Positions 50,552-60,668 of a stretch of 64,000 bases of DNA are shown here, piece by piece. The DNA is from Acidimicrobiia bacterium (lineage in GTDB: Bacteria > Actinomycetota > Acidimicrobiia > Spongiisociales > Spongiisociaceae). The notes beneath the pieces are model-generated. The model saw nothing but the letters and a program-made list of their open reading frames with translations. It ran no database searches and was not told the DNA's origin. Position numbers and translations under genes: made by a program. The stretch is taken from the NCBI GenBank assembly GCA_041576165.1, contig JBFGLM010000019.1:1-64000 (forward strand). Reading direction: 5' to 3'. Every line of letters starts with the position of its first letter. The first letter of the stretch is position 1.

Positions 50552-51301
50552 TCAGGAGTGCTTGTCGATGAACGTCAGGGCCCGCTCCCACGCGTCCGTG
50601 GACTCGGCTTGGAACTCGTCGTATTTGCGATCGAAGAACGAGTGCGGCGCGCCCGGATAGGTGATGACCTCGTTGGCGATCCCGGCGGCGTCGAGCGCGG
50701 CCGCGAACTCGTCTACTGCTTCCTGGGGGATTCCGGGGTCGTCACCGCCCATCAGAGCCATGATCGGGCATGTCATTTCGCCGACCCGGTCGATCACCGA
50801 TATGTCATCGTCGTCTCGTCGAGGTCGACCATAGAAGCCAATCGCACCAGCCAGGTTGAAGCCGTTCGCCGCTTGGTGCCACGAGTTCGATCCGCCGAAG
50901 CAGAAACCCACGGTGAAGAGGGGACGGTCGGGTTCATTGGCCCGCAGCCGCTCGACAGCAGCTGCAACGTCCGCCCGGATCCCATCGAGCGTTGTCGCTT
51001 GCACATGTGGCCAGAAGTCCCAATCGTTCGGTCGGACTCCAATACCTGCGGTGCGGCCGAAGTAGTCGATGGCGATAGCGTCGTGGCCGGCGTGGGCGAA
51101 TCGCACGGCCAGGTCCTTGTAGAACTGGAACAAACCGCGCACGTCCGGCAACACGACCACCGCCGCAGATTTCGGTTGGTCGCCCGCAGCTTCGAAAACG
51201 GCGAACTCGTTGCCATCCCCCGCGCGCAAGGTCAGATCAGAAACCATGACGCGGCCACCGCCGTCTGGAATCGGTGGTTGCGAATCAGCGTCAAAACACA
51301 T
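50552..51301 (-). CDS. Dienelactone hydrolase family protein
   Basis: PDVRGL, GFCFGG, YPGAPHSF. Confidence 0.92.
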   Translation of the reverse strand: MCFDADSQPPIPDGGGRVMVSDLTLRAGDGNEFAVFEAAGDQPKSAAVVVLPDVRGLFQFYKDLAVRFAHAGHDAIAIDYFGRTAGIGVRPNDWDFWPHVQATTLDGIRADVAAAVERLRANEPDRPLFTVGFCFGGSNSWHQAANGFNLAGAIGFYGRPRRDDDDISVIDRVGEMTCPIMALMGGDDPGIPQEAVDEFAAALDAAGIANEVITYPGAPHSFFDRKYDEFQAESTDAWERALTFIDKHS

Positions 51302-51374
51302 CGCCCGGCCTCCATTCCGTACTGCGCGAGCGAACCTTACTGCCGGTGGGCGCCCGCCGGCCGAGGACTTCGTC

Positions 51375-52097
51375 TCAGGCCGCGAGGCTGGCGAGCAAAC
51401 GAATTGTGTATCCGGCCATCACCGTCCAGAACAACGCCGTGTAGCCGCTCTCGCCGATCGCGTGGTTGAGACTCCGTCCCCGGAGCGTTGCGAAGATCAT
51501 CAATGGAGCTGCCGTGGCCGCCAACATGATCGCTGAGCTTCCGATGAGGTCCGCCTCGGCGAACACGGCGGCTTTGGTGGCGTCGCCCACCAGCGACGCG
51601 AGCGAGGCGGCGCCCACGAAGTGGCTCCGGTCCAGGTTGAGTTGGCGGATCGCCATGCCTTTCAGTGGTCCTGAGGTCCCCGAGAACCCGGATGTCGCTC
51701 CCGAGCCGAACGCCAGGATGGGGCCGCCGGCCAGTCGCACCCGCGAGAGGTTCAGTCGTTCGGCGATGAGGGCAAGAGCGAAGCTTGTGATCACCGCCAC
51801 AGTGACGACGGCCTCCGGAGATGAGACCAGCATGCGGGCCCCCAGCGCGGCTCCGGCGGCGAGCAAAGCAACCACCACGACCGCCTTGCGGAACGGCAGG
51901 GTCTTGCGATAGGCGAACACCTTCACGACGTTGTTGCCGGCGAGCAGCAACGCGGCCATTGCCACACCCTCTTTGGTGCCCATCACCAGCGCCAGCGCTG
52001 GGACCAGGATCAACGAGCCGCCGAGCCCGGCGGAGGCCGACACCCCAAAGGCCAGTGTCACCGCCACCAACGTCACGAACACGAGCAGAGGATCCAT
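51375..52097 (-). CDS. TauE/SafE (TSUP) family membrane transporter
   Basis: GLGGSLILVP, SGFSGTSGP; hydrophobic. Confidence 0.82.
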   Translation of the reverse strand: MDPLLVFVTLVAVTLAFGVSASAGLGGSLILVPALALVMGTKEGVAMAALLLAGNNVVKVFAYRKTLPFRKAVVVVALLAAGAALGARMLVSSPEAVVTVAVITSFALALIAERLNLSRVRLAGGPILAFGSGATSGFSGTSGPLKGMAIRQLNLDRSHFVGAASLASLVGDATKAAVFAEADLIGSSAIMLAATAAPLMIFATLRGRSLNHAIGESGYTALFWTVMAGYTIRLLASLAA

Positions 52098-52182
52098 GAC
52101 TTAACTGGCTCGAGGCCGCCGTCTGATGGTCGATCCGCCCGGCACCCGCACCCCCGGTTTGGGCCCACCCCCGGACATGCCG

Positions 52183-55100
52183 CTACTCGACCGGCGGGAG
52201 GTCCAGCCCTTTGACGAGCTTGTTGAATTCAACGAGATCCGTATCGAGGGTCGCGTGTAGGAGACGCAGCTGGTCATCGATCTGTTCAGAGTAGGCCTCG
52301 GCGACCTGGATTGACTGAGTGGTGGGCTTGGCGTCGGCGCTGGCCACGACACTGATGACGGAGGCCAGCTTCTCATTGAGTCGCGACCGTTCGTTGAGGC
52401 CAAAGGTGTCTGTGTGTATCCCGGGCACCATCAGCTCGTCCTCGATCTCATCCAGCTTGGCCGCGAGGGCCTCGGCTGCGGCGGCGGCGGCAGAATCCGG
52501 AGCCAGCCTTCTGGCCCATGTCGCAATCTGTTCCTTGACTGACCGCAACCTCGTCACGGCGTTGTGCACCTCGGAGATCTTGTCCCGGATCTCGAGAAGC
52601 ACGTCGAGTTGCTGTTGGAGCTCCGCAGGCGAAGCGGTCGAGCGGGAGTCGTTGACCACGTCGAATTCCTGGAGGTGGGTTCGTTCGACACCGTCGTGCA
52701 CCACCTTGAGCTGCACCTGGTAGGTGCCCGGCACCACGAGCGGTCCCTGATTGGCCTCCGCTGCCAGTTTGTTGCCGAGTACCCGGGCGGCGCCCTCGTA
52801 GCGCAGATCCCACAGGAAGCGATTGACTCCCGCATTCACCGGGATCCATGGTCCCGGCTCGAGGCCCTTCTCGTCGTCGGAGCGGTCGTCGTAGTCCGCC
52901 GGCCTGGGATGAAACTCCCGGACCAGGTCTCCATCCGCATCGAGGAATGCCAGCGAGACGTCGGCCGCACCGCCCTCATCCGCGATCTCATGGCTCAAGA
53001 CATAGGTGACGGTCACGCCGATCGGCGCACCCTGACCGGCGTCGAGAATCGTGCGCACGATGTGACCGGTCTCGTTTTTGGATGCGACGAAGGTCGCGGT
53101 CTTGCCGAGCGACACCCAATAGTCCTTGCCCTCGTTGCCGATCCACCCGGCGAACAGATCGGGCAGAACCCGCCATGTCCGGCGGGGCTGGAACAGTCGG
53201 GCGCCGTCTATGTCTGTATCCGTCAGTTGATGGAGCGGAGTCAGATCGTCCAGCACCCAGAACGAACGTCCGTGAGTGCCGACGACGAGATCGTTGTCCT
53301 TGACGGCGAGGTCGTATACCGGCGTTACCGGCAGGTTGGACCGCCACCGGTGCCAGCTTGCGCCGTCGTCGGCCGAGACATACAGGCCGGTCTCGGTACC
53401 GAGATACAGCAGACCGGGCCGCGCCGGATCGGCCCGAATCACCCGCACGAAGTCGTCGTCAGGGAGCGCCCCGTCGTCGTCGCCGGTGATAGATACCCAG
53501 CTCTGTCCGTAATCGCTGCTCTTGAACAGGTAGGGCGTTGTGTCATCGAGCTTGTAACGAGTCGCCGCTACGTACACGGTGGCCGGGTCGTGGGGTGATG
53601 GCTCCACCGTACGGATGAAACTCCACTCGGGAAGCTCGGGAGGCGTCACGTTGTGCCAGCTGGCACCTCCGTCGCCCGAGAAGTGGACGAGGCCGTCGTC
53701 CGTTCCCACCCAGAAGACACCCGGCTCGTGGCTCGACTCGCGCAGTGTGGAGATCGTGCAGTAGTGCTCGGCGCCGCTCGTGTCCTTGGTGATGGGTCCA
53801 CCCGACGCCGCCAGCTTCGTCTCGTCACTGCGGGACAGGTCGGGACTGATCGGCTCCCAGCTGTGGCCCTCGTCGGTGCTGCGGAATACGACGTTGCCGC
53901 CCGTGTACAAGATGTTCGGGTCGTGGGGCGAGAAGAGGATGGGGAACGTCCAGGCAAATCGGTAGGTGAGGTCCTTGGGCCCGATCCCACCGTGCAGCTC
54001 AGGGCACACGTTGACCAGTTGGATCTGGCCGCTGCGGTGGTCGTATCGCTGGAGCGAGCCGCCACCGCCGGGTGAACTGCCTACCGCGCCGACGAACACA
54101 ATGTTCGGGTCGTCGGGGTGCACCGCCATGAATCCGCTCTCTCCAGTGCCGGCCGCATAACAATCCGCCCAGACGATGGCCCCATCGTGGGTGTTGCTCG
54201 GTACGGCGATGCTGGAGTTGTCCTGCTGGGTGCCGTACACGTAGTAGAAGGGTGTGCGGTTGTCTGTGGTCACTGTGTAGAACTGGGCCGTCAGCTGGTT
54301 GTAGACCGTGCTCCACGACTCCCCGCCGTTGAATGAGATGTTGGCCCCGCCATCGTTGCTCTGGATCATGCGCTGGTTGTCGCGGGGGTCAATCCACAGG
54401 TCGTGATTGTCGCCGTGCGGCGTGCCGATCTGCGTGAACGTCTTACCGGCGTCGGTCGACTTCCACATGTTGAGGTTGTTGACGTAGACCGTGTCAGGGT
54501 CCTGTGTGTCGGCAAAGACGTGCATGTAATACCAGGGCCGGTAGCGCAGCTTCTGGTCTTTGGTCAGCAACTGCCACGTCTCGCCGAAGTCATCGGACCG
54601 GTAGAGGCCCCCGGCGTCGGACGACTCGATGAGCGCCCACACCCGCCCTGCTTTGATCGGTGAGGCCGCAACCCCGACCTTGCCGATGATCCCCGATTGC
54701 GGCAAGCCCGGGTGGCGGGTGATGTCGGTCCAGGTGTCCCCGCCATCGGTCGATTTCCAGATGCCGCTGTCGGGACCGCCACTGCTGAGCTCCCAGAAAT
54801 TGCGATAGGTCTGCCACGTGGTGGCGTAGAGCACCTCGGGACTGCGGGGGTCAAATGTGAGGTCCACCGCACCTGCTCGATCGCTGACGTAGAGCACCTT
54901 GTCCCAGCTCTCGCCTCCGTCGATGCTGCGGAACACGCCGCGCTCCTGGTTGGGACCGAACGCGTGGCCCAACGCGGCCACATAGACGTGGTCAGGATTC
55001 TTGGGGTGGATCCGGATCTCGCCGATGTGCCGCGTGTCGCTGAGGCCGCGATGGGTCCATGTCTGACCTCCATCGCCCGACCGGTACACGCCATCTCCAT

Positions 55101-55410
55101 GCGACACGTCGAGGCGGATGGTGCTTTCGCCCATCCCGGCGTAGATGACACTGGGATCAGATTCGGAAACCGCCAACGAGCCGACAGACGAGGTCGCCAG
55201 GAATCCGTCGCTCACGTTGCGCCAGGTAGTGCCCGCATCCTCGGTCTTCCAGATGCCGCCCGCCACCGCTCCGAAGTAGAAAACAGCCCGACTTCGGGGG
55301 TCGCCTGCTACCGCCACTGATCGACCACCCCGGGGCGGGCCGATGCAGCGGAACGTCATGCTCGCGAGCAGGCTTTGAGCGGTCGGGGTGGCGAGCAGCG
55401 GCGTGGTCAA
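52183..55410 (-). CDS. BNR/Asp-box repeat (VPS10-like) glycosyl hydrolase
   Basis: IGPPRGGRS start; many SxDGGxTW Asp-boxes; HGDNHDLWIDP; GTHGRSFW. Confidence 0.88.
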   Translation of the reverse strand: MTTPLLATPTAQSLLASMTFRCIGPPRGGRSVAVAGDPRSRAVFYFGAVAGGIWKTEDAGTTWRNVSDGFLATSSVGSLAVSESDPSVIYAGMGESTIRLDVSHGDGVYRSGDGGQTWTHRGLSDTRHIGEIRIHPKNPDHVYVAALGHAFGPNQERGVFRSIDGGESWDKVLYVSDRAGAVDLTFDPRSPEVLYATTWQTYRNFWELSSGGPDSGIWKSTDGGDTWTDITRHPGLPQSGIIGKVGVAASPIKAGRVWALIESSDAGGLYRSDDFGETWQLLTKDQKLRYRPWYYMHVFADTQDPDTVYVNNLNMWKSTDAGKTFTQIGTPHGDNHDLWIDPRDNQRMIQSNDGGANISFNGGESWSTVYNQLTAQFYTVTTDNRTPFYYVYGTQQDNSSIAVPSNTHDGAIVWADCYAAGTGESGFMAVHPDDPNIVFVGAVGSSPGGGGSLQRYDHRSGQIQLVNVCPELHGGIGPKDLTYRFAWTFPILFSPHDPNILYTGGNVVFRSTDEGHSWEPISPDLSRSDETKLAASGGPITKDTSGAEHYCTISTLRESSHEPGVFWVGTDDGLVHFSGDGGASWHNVTPPELPEWSFIRTVEPSPHDPATVYVAATRYKLDDTTPYLFKSSDYGQSWVSITGDDDGALPDDDFVRVIRADPARPGLLYLGTETGLYVSADDGASWHRWRSNLPVTPVYDLAVKDNDLVVGTHGRSFWVLDDLTPLHQLTDTDIDGARLFQPRRTWRVLPDLFAGWIGNEGKDYWVSLGKTATFVASKNETGHIVRTILDAGQGAPIGVTVTYVLSHEIADEGGAADVSLAFLDADGDLVREFHPRPADYDDRSDDEKGLEPGPWIPVNAGVNRFLWDLRYEGAARVLGNKLAAEANQGPLVVPGTYQVQLKVVHDGVERTHLQEFDVVNDSRSTASPAELQQQLDVLLEIRDKISEVHNAVTRLRSVKEQIATWARRLAPDSAAAAAAEALAAKLDEIEDELMVPGIHTDTFGLNERSRLNEKLASVISVVASADAKPTTQSIQVAEAYSEQIDDQLRLLHATLDTDLVEFNKLVKGLDLPPVE

Positions 55411-55561
55411 GAAGACACGTTCCTTTCGTGTGGGTGCGAGAGCGGTGCCGAGACTAGTGAGAGCGCCGCTCCGGCACCGGCGCGCCTGTGGGTCCGGCTC
55501 ACATTCCTTCCGGGACTGGCCCGCCGCAGACGGTTGGCCCGGGGCCTACGCTGGCCCGGTT

Positions 55562-56788
55562 ATGGATTCCCGGAGATCGGCCGACGGCCTCGGCAACAAC
55601 CAGTTCATTGCGCTGATGGCATTCGTCATGGCCATGGGCGCCCTGGGGATCGACCTGATGTTGCCGGTCTTCGACGAGATCCGGGCCCACTTTGGCCTGG
55701 CGGAGGGGGCGACTGACATCGCCCAAATCGTGACGGTCTACTTCCTGGGAATGGCGTCGGGCCAGGTGCTGTACGGACCATTTGCCGACCGTTTCGGGCG
55801 GCGACCAGTTCTCTACGTCGGCCTGGCCGTCTACATGGCCGCCGCCATCGGCTCGACCCTGGCACCTACCTTGACGCTCATGCTCGTCGGGCGGTTCGTG
55901 TGGGGGATCGGCGCAGCCGGGCCCCGGGTCGTCGGCCTCGCCATCGTCCGCGACGTCTACGAAGGTGATTCGATGGCGCGGGCCATGTCATTCATCATGG
56001 CCGTGTTCGTCACCGTACCGATCCTCGCCCCGAGCCTGGGAGCGGCCATCGCGGCCTTCGGTCCGTGGCAACTCGTATTCTGGTTCTGTGTTCTGTACGC
56101 CGTCGCGGTCGGCCTGTGGTCGCTGCGGCTCTCGGAAACGCTCGACGACGCCAATCGTCGACCTCTCCGGCTGCGCCCGGTTCTCGAGGCAGGTCGAGAA
56201 GTCCTGGCCACCCGTCAGGCGCTCGGATACACCCTGGCGATGGCGTTTCTATTCGGAGGGTTCGCCTCCTATCTGGCGAGCTCCGAGTTGATCGTGGGGG
56301 AGATCTACGGCCGCCCGGGTCTGTTTCCGTTCATATTCGGCGGCGCTTCCGCGGTCATGGGTTCCGCCCTGCTGTTCAACGCCAGGTTCGTGGGCCGGAT
56401 CGGAGCTGTGACGATCGTGCGGGGCGCCGTGCGCGCGTACACGGCCCTCGCGGCGGCGCTGCTGGTGTTCACGCTGCTGGTCGGTGGCAAGCCGCCGTTC
56501 TGGATCGCCATAACGTGGATGACGGCCGTGCTGGTCATGCACGCGGCGATGATTCCCAACCTCAACACACTCGCACTCGAACCGCTGGGCCACATCGCCG
56601 GCACCGCGTCCGCGGTGATTGGCACGATCTCGATGGCCGGCGGGGCCGTCCTCGGAACCCTGATCGACCGCAACCTATCGACCACCATCACCCCGATGGT
56701 GGTCGGGTTCGTGGTCTACGGCCTCATCGCCGGTACCTGGGTGGCCTGGGCCCAGCGGGCCCGGCGCATCGTCTCGACCGTCCCGTAG
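55562..56788 (+). CDS. Bcr/CflA-type multidrug efflux MFS transporter
   Basis: IDLMLP, YGPFADRFGRRPV, AIVRDVYEG, AGTASA. Confidence 0.9.
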   Translation: MDSRRSADGLGNNQFIALMAFVMAMGALGIDLMLPVFDEIRAHFGLAEGATDIAQIVTVYFLGMASGQVLYGPFADRFGRRPVLYVGLAVYMAAAIGSTLAPTLTLMLVGRFVWGIGAAGPRVVGLAIVRDVYEGDSMARAMSFIMAVFVTVPILAPSLGAAIAAFGPWQLVFWFCVLYAVAVGLWSLRLSETLDDANRRPLRLRPVLEAGREVLATRQALGYTLAMAFLFGGFASYLASSELIVGEIYGRPGLFPFIFGGASAVMGSALLFNARFVGRIGAVTIVRGAVRAYTALAAALLVFTLLVGGKPPFWIAITWMTAVLVMHAAMIPNLNTLALEPLGHIAGTASAVIGTISMAGGAVLGTLIDRNLSTTITPMVVGFVVYGLIAGTWVAWAQRARRIVSTVP

Positions 56789-56800
56789 CCCTGGTTCGGC

Positions 56801-57766
56801 TCAGCTGAGTGCGATGGGCAGGTTGTGTGCTATCTCCTCGATCGCCTGTGCTTCGGCACTTCCATTGGTCTCCTTGTCCATCAAGTGGACGAGCAGTTGG
56901 ACGGCGGCGAAGACACGAGCCGCGGCCAGACCTTGACGAAATGTGCCGCCATTCGGTAACCCCGCGTTTCCCCGATAGGCGTCCTCACAGTCGGCAACCA
57001 GGTCCCGATCCCAGCTGCCCTGCGTGAGCACGGCGAGGTCGAGCACGCCGGGGCCCCAGCCGGCGCTCTCCCAGTCGAGCACGACGGGCCCGGTCTCGGT
57101 GAGGATGACGTTTTGGGGATACAGCTCACCATGGATGACGGTCTGGGGGGATCGGCGCATGAGATCGAACACCGTTTCCATCGAATCCTCGAATCGTCTC
57201 ACGGCGGGCCGTGGCGGGCCGGACCGAAGCAACATGTCCACCTGAGTAGCCCAGCGTTTGAAGTACGTCGCATCGAATGCGTTGAGCTGTGGGACCCTCG
57301 GTCCACGCATCCCGGCGGCGTGAAAGCTCCCCAGGTCGCGACATATATCGAGGAGCCCGCGGGGATAGGGCGAATGGTGTGAGCGGTATCCCTCGACGAA
57401 GTCGAGCACGAGACAGGATGCTCCTTTTGACACCTCGAACGCTCCATAGCACCTGGGCGTCGCCAGATCGGGGTGGGGCAGCACGATCCGGTAGATGACC
57501 GCTTCGTACTCAACGCCCCGGCGATGGCCGCTCACCTGATCTGAATACCCCGACCCGTACTTGCACCACAGTTCCCGGGGACCTGAGCTTGTGTCGACCG
57601 ATACCCGTTCGCACGGATAAGTCGACCGGTAGATGCTTGCCGCCCTCGATCGCATCGTCAGTTCTGAACCCAGCAACATTGTCAGCTCGAACTCGAGCTG
57701 AAGGTCGGACGGCGACGCAACGTGTGACGCAGACGACCCGCGGTCCCGCTTGTCCGTTTCAGCCAT
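56801..57766 (-). CDS. APH/choline-kinase-like phosphotransferase
   Basis: HGELYPQN, LDWESAG.G...LDL. Confidence 0.8.
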   Translation of the reverse strand: MAETDKRDRGSSASHVASPSDLQLEFELTMLLGSELTMRSRAASIYRSTYPCERVSVDTSSGPRELWCKYGSGYSDQVSGHRRGVEYEAVIYRIVLPHPDLATPRCYGAFEVSKGASCLVLDFVEGYRSHHSPYPRGLLDICRDLGSFHAAGMRGPRVPQLNAFDATYFKRWATQVDMLLRSGPPRPAVRRFEDSMETVFDLMRRSPQTVIHGELYPQNVILTETGPVVLDWESAGWGPGVLDLAVLTQGSWDRDLVADCEDAYRGNAGLPNGGTFRQGLAAARVFAAVQLLVHLMDKETNGSAEAQAIEEIAHNLPIALS

Positions 57767-58763
57767 TGCGGTCGCCCATGAGCTTCGACTCGATACAGGT
57801 GAGCGCCTTGGCCAGCCGGACATCGTACAGCGCCATGTTCCGCATCGGGCGTTCGACCCAGGGATAATCGAGCTTCGGAAGCTCCCATTCGATTGCAGAG
57901 ATGAGCCTGAGGGTCAGGCTGAGGGACTTCCAGCGCTCGATCGTCGCGATGGGAGACGCCAGACTGGTGGTGCGGACGGCGCGGTGGTACGTAGCGGTGT
58001 CCATGCCCCACAGATCGATGGCTGCCGGGCCCCAATGCGCCTCTCCCCAGTCGAACACAAGCACCTCCAATTTGCCGTCGCGGACCGCCAGGCCCATGTT
58101 GTTGCCTTTGAAATCCCCGTGCACGAGCACGACGGGTATGGCCGAGTATGCCTCGGCGATCGGCAGCCACCCGCTCCGCAAGTCGTCCAGCTGAGTTGTC
58201 AATCGCTCAAGGATCAGTCTGTGGTCCTTCGTGAGTGCCGGGTTCGTCATGCGCCGTGCAATGCCACGCAATGCCTGATCCAGACGGGACTCATAGAAGC
58301 CCGGATGGCGCGTCGGCAGGTGCGCTGCTACCGAGCTGCCCTCAGTCTCGGTTTGTAGGGTGGCGAGCCACTTCGTGGCCAGTTCGACGTGTCTGGGGTT
58401 ACGTTTGTCAAAGCCGGGTCCGGGCAGCGCTTCCAGGAAGAGCCACGCTTTGGCGCCGCCTTCGCACGGCAAAGACCCGAGGAAACGTGGCCCGCCGACC
58501 GCCAGCTCCGGGAGGACGTCGCAGTAGATGGTCCGCTCGACGGCGGCCGCCTCAGCATCTGCCTCCTTGGCGATCACTTCCATTCCGCCGGGTCCGACTG
58601 AACCGAGGTTGTAGACGGCTGACTTGCCCTGCTCGCGAGGAGCCTTGAGTACAACAACCTGAACGGGGCGGGGGCGGTGCGGCGCAAGGGCGGTCCACGC
58701 TCGGGCGGCCGGATGATCGGACGGCTCACGTCGGTCGACAACACCGGCAATCCCGCTGGACAT
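57759..58763 (-). CDS. APH/choline-kinase-like phosphotransferase
   Basis: VIAK, HGDFKGNN, FDWGEA.WG...IDL. Confidence 0.82.
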   Translation of the reverse strand: MSSGIAGVVDRREPSDHPAARAWTALAPHRPRPVQVVVLKAPREQGKSAVYNLGSVGPGGMEVIAKEADAEAAAVERTIYCDVLPELAVGGPRFLGSLPCEGGAKAWLFLEALPGPGFDKRNPRHVELATKWLATLQTETEGSSVAAHLPTRHPGFYESRLDQALRGIARRMTNPALTKDHRLILERLTTQLDDLRSGWLPIAEAYSAIPVVLVHGDFKGNNMGLAVRDGKLEVLVFDWGEAHWGPAAIDLWGMDTATYHRAVRTTSLASPIATIERWKSLSLTLRLISAIEWELPKLDYPWVERPMRNMALYDVRLAKALTCIESKLMGDRNG

Positions 58764-58766
58764 GGC

Positions 58767-60668
58767 TCAGTCGCTCCGCTCGGCGCCTGGACCATTCTCG
58801 GCCAGAGCACGCAGGCGCAGGATCACGTCGCAGCTCTGGAGGGTCGAGAGACGATGAGCGATCATGAACGTGGTGCGCTGATCCATCAACGCTGCCAGAG
58901 CGTCCATGATCTCGGCCTCCGTGTCGAGATCTACGGAGCTCGTCGGCTCGTCCAGGATGAGAATCGGTGCGTCTTTCAGAAAGGCCCGGGCCAGGGAGAT
59001 TCGCTGCCGCTCGCCGCCGGAGAGATGCATGCCGCGCTCCCCAACCAGCGTGTCGTAGCCCTCGGGCAGGGCCGCAATGAATCCGGCGGCCCCGGCCGCC
59101 TGCGCCGCATCCACAATCTCGGCCATGGAGGCGCCGGGTCTGGCGTAGGCGATGTTCTCCCGGATCGACGTCGAGAAAAGCAGAGGCTCCTGGGGCATGA
59201 TCGCGAACTGCGCGCGCAAGTCCTTGAGCCTGTAATCGCGGATGTCGGTCCCGTCCAGTTGGATGCTCCCGGAGTCCACGTCGTAGAAACGGGTCAGCAG
59301 CCCTACCAGCGTGGTCTTGCCGGTCCCGGTCTGCCCGGCAATGCCGAGTTTCGTGCCCGGCTCCACTTCGAACGACAGGCCTGACAGCACCGGCTGTTCC
59401 GGCTGGTATGAAAACGAGACGTTGACGAGTTGAATATTCCCGTGAGCCCGATCGAGCGGCTGGGCGTTGGGCCGCTCCAACACCTCGGGCAGCTCGTCAA
59501 TCAGATCGAAGACGCGGCCGGCGCTCGTCAGCTGGTTCTGCAAGCTGGCAACCTTGCGGCTGATGGTCTTGAGGGGGGTGTAGAGCTGGCCGACGTAGGC
59601 GAGAACCAGCAGCAACGCCCCGAGGGTGAGTACGCCCGCCTGCACATTGCGGACCCCGACGTAGAGCACGAGCGCCGTGCCGATGGCGGCGATGACGCTG
59701 ATGAGCACTCCAAATGCGCCCTCGGCGACAGCGAGTTGGATGCGGGCCTGGGCGCTCTCCCAGGATCTCGTCTCGTATCGACGATTCTCCCGATCCTCGG
59801 TCCCGAACGACTTGACCACCCGGAACGACGTGAGAACTTCCTGGACCACCGCAAGCGCCGAGCTCTCCAGGCGTTTGACCTCCCTGTAGCGCGGGCGCAT
59901 TCGCTGCTGATAGCCGCGCGCCAGCAGGTACAGCGCGGGTGAGATGGCGAGCGCCACAACCGCGAGTTGCCAATCGATTGTGACCACCACGTAGACCATG
60001 GCGACCAGCGTGAATGCGGATGTGATGAATGGGATCATCGTCATCACCGCAAGGTTCGAGATTGCCGGTGCGTCGTACTGGATCCGGTAGATCGAATCGG
60101 CGGTCCCGCGTTCATCGTGAAACGCGAACGACATGCGCTGCGCGTGCTGAAGTAATCGGGCCCTGAATTCGAGTGATAGGCGCTCCACGATCGATGTCGT
60201 CCAGACGGTCGAGGTCGCTGACTGCAGCTGGATGAGCAGCACAATCAACACCTGGAGCACTGCGGCCAGCCATAGGAGCCTTGAGGTCGAAGCCTGAAAC
60301 CACTCTGGTATGAGGGCGTCCGAGAGGCCGGACAGCGGTTGCAATCCGAGCACGTTGTCGACGGCCATCTTCAGTGGAACAGGCCCCAGCAGGGCGAGTG
60401 GAGCTGCCAGCAGACTGAGTGCAAACAGCGCAATGATGCGCCGCCGGTAGGTGCGAGCTTCTCCGAGCGCGCGGCGAAGTAATCCGAGATCGCTGCGTGC
60501 TGGAGGTCGAGCGGTCGGGCGGTGCTGACCTTGCGCCGTTGGCCTTTTGGTCTGCGGTTCCCTGCGCGATTGCCGTGCGGTCTCGGGATCGTCATGGTGG
60601 TCTTCGGTGGGCTCGGCGCCGGACCTCACCGGCTGCGTGGACGGGAGGAAAGTGCGTTTCGTGATCAC
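58767..60668 (-). CDS. ABC exporter, fused TMD-NBD (MsbA-like)
   Basis: GQTGTGKT, LSGGERQR, ILDEPTS, IAHRL; N-terminal TM domain. Start approximate (GTG overlapping the upstream stop). Confidence 0.9.
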   Translation of the reverse strand: MITKRTFLPSTQPVRSGAEPTEDHHDDPETARQSRREPQTKRPTAQGQHRPTARPPARSDLGLLRRALGEARTYRRRIIALFALSLLAAPLALLGPVPLKMAVDNVLGLQPLSGLSDALIPEWFQASTSRLLWLAAVLQVLIVLLIQLQSATSTVWTTSIVERLSLEFRARLLQHAQRMSFAFHDERGTADSIYRIQYDAPAISNLAVMTMIPFITSAFTLVAMVYVVVTIDWQLAVVALAISPALYLLARGYQQRMRPRYREVKRLESSALAVVQEVLTSFRVVKSFGTEDRENRRYETRSWESAQARIQLAVAEGAFGVLISVIAAIGTALVLYVGVRNVQAGVLTLGALLLVLAYVGQLYTPLKTISRKVASLQNQLTSAGRVFDLIDELPEVLERPNAQPLDRAHGNIQLVNVSFSYQPEQPVLSGLSFEVEPGTKLGIAGQTGTGKTTLVGLLTRFYDVDSGSIQLDGTDIRDYRLKDLRAQFAIMPQEPLLFSTSIRENIAYARPGASMAEIVDAAQAAGAAGFIAALPEGYDTLVGERGMHLSGGERQRISLARAFLKDAPILILDEPTSSVDLDTEAEIMDALAALMDQRTTFMIAHRLSTLQSCDVILRLRALAENGPGAERSD

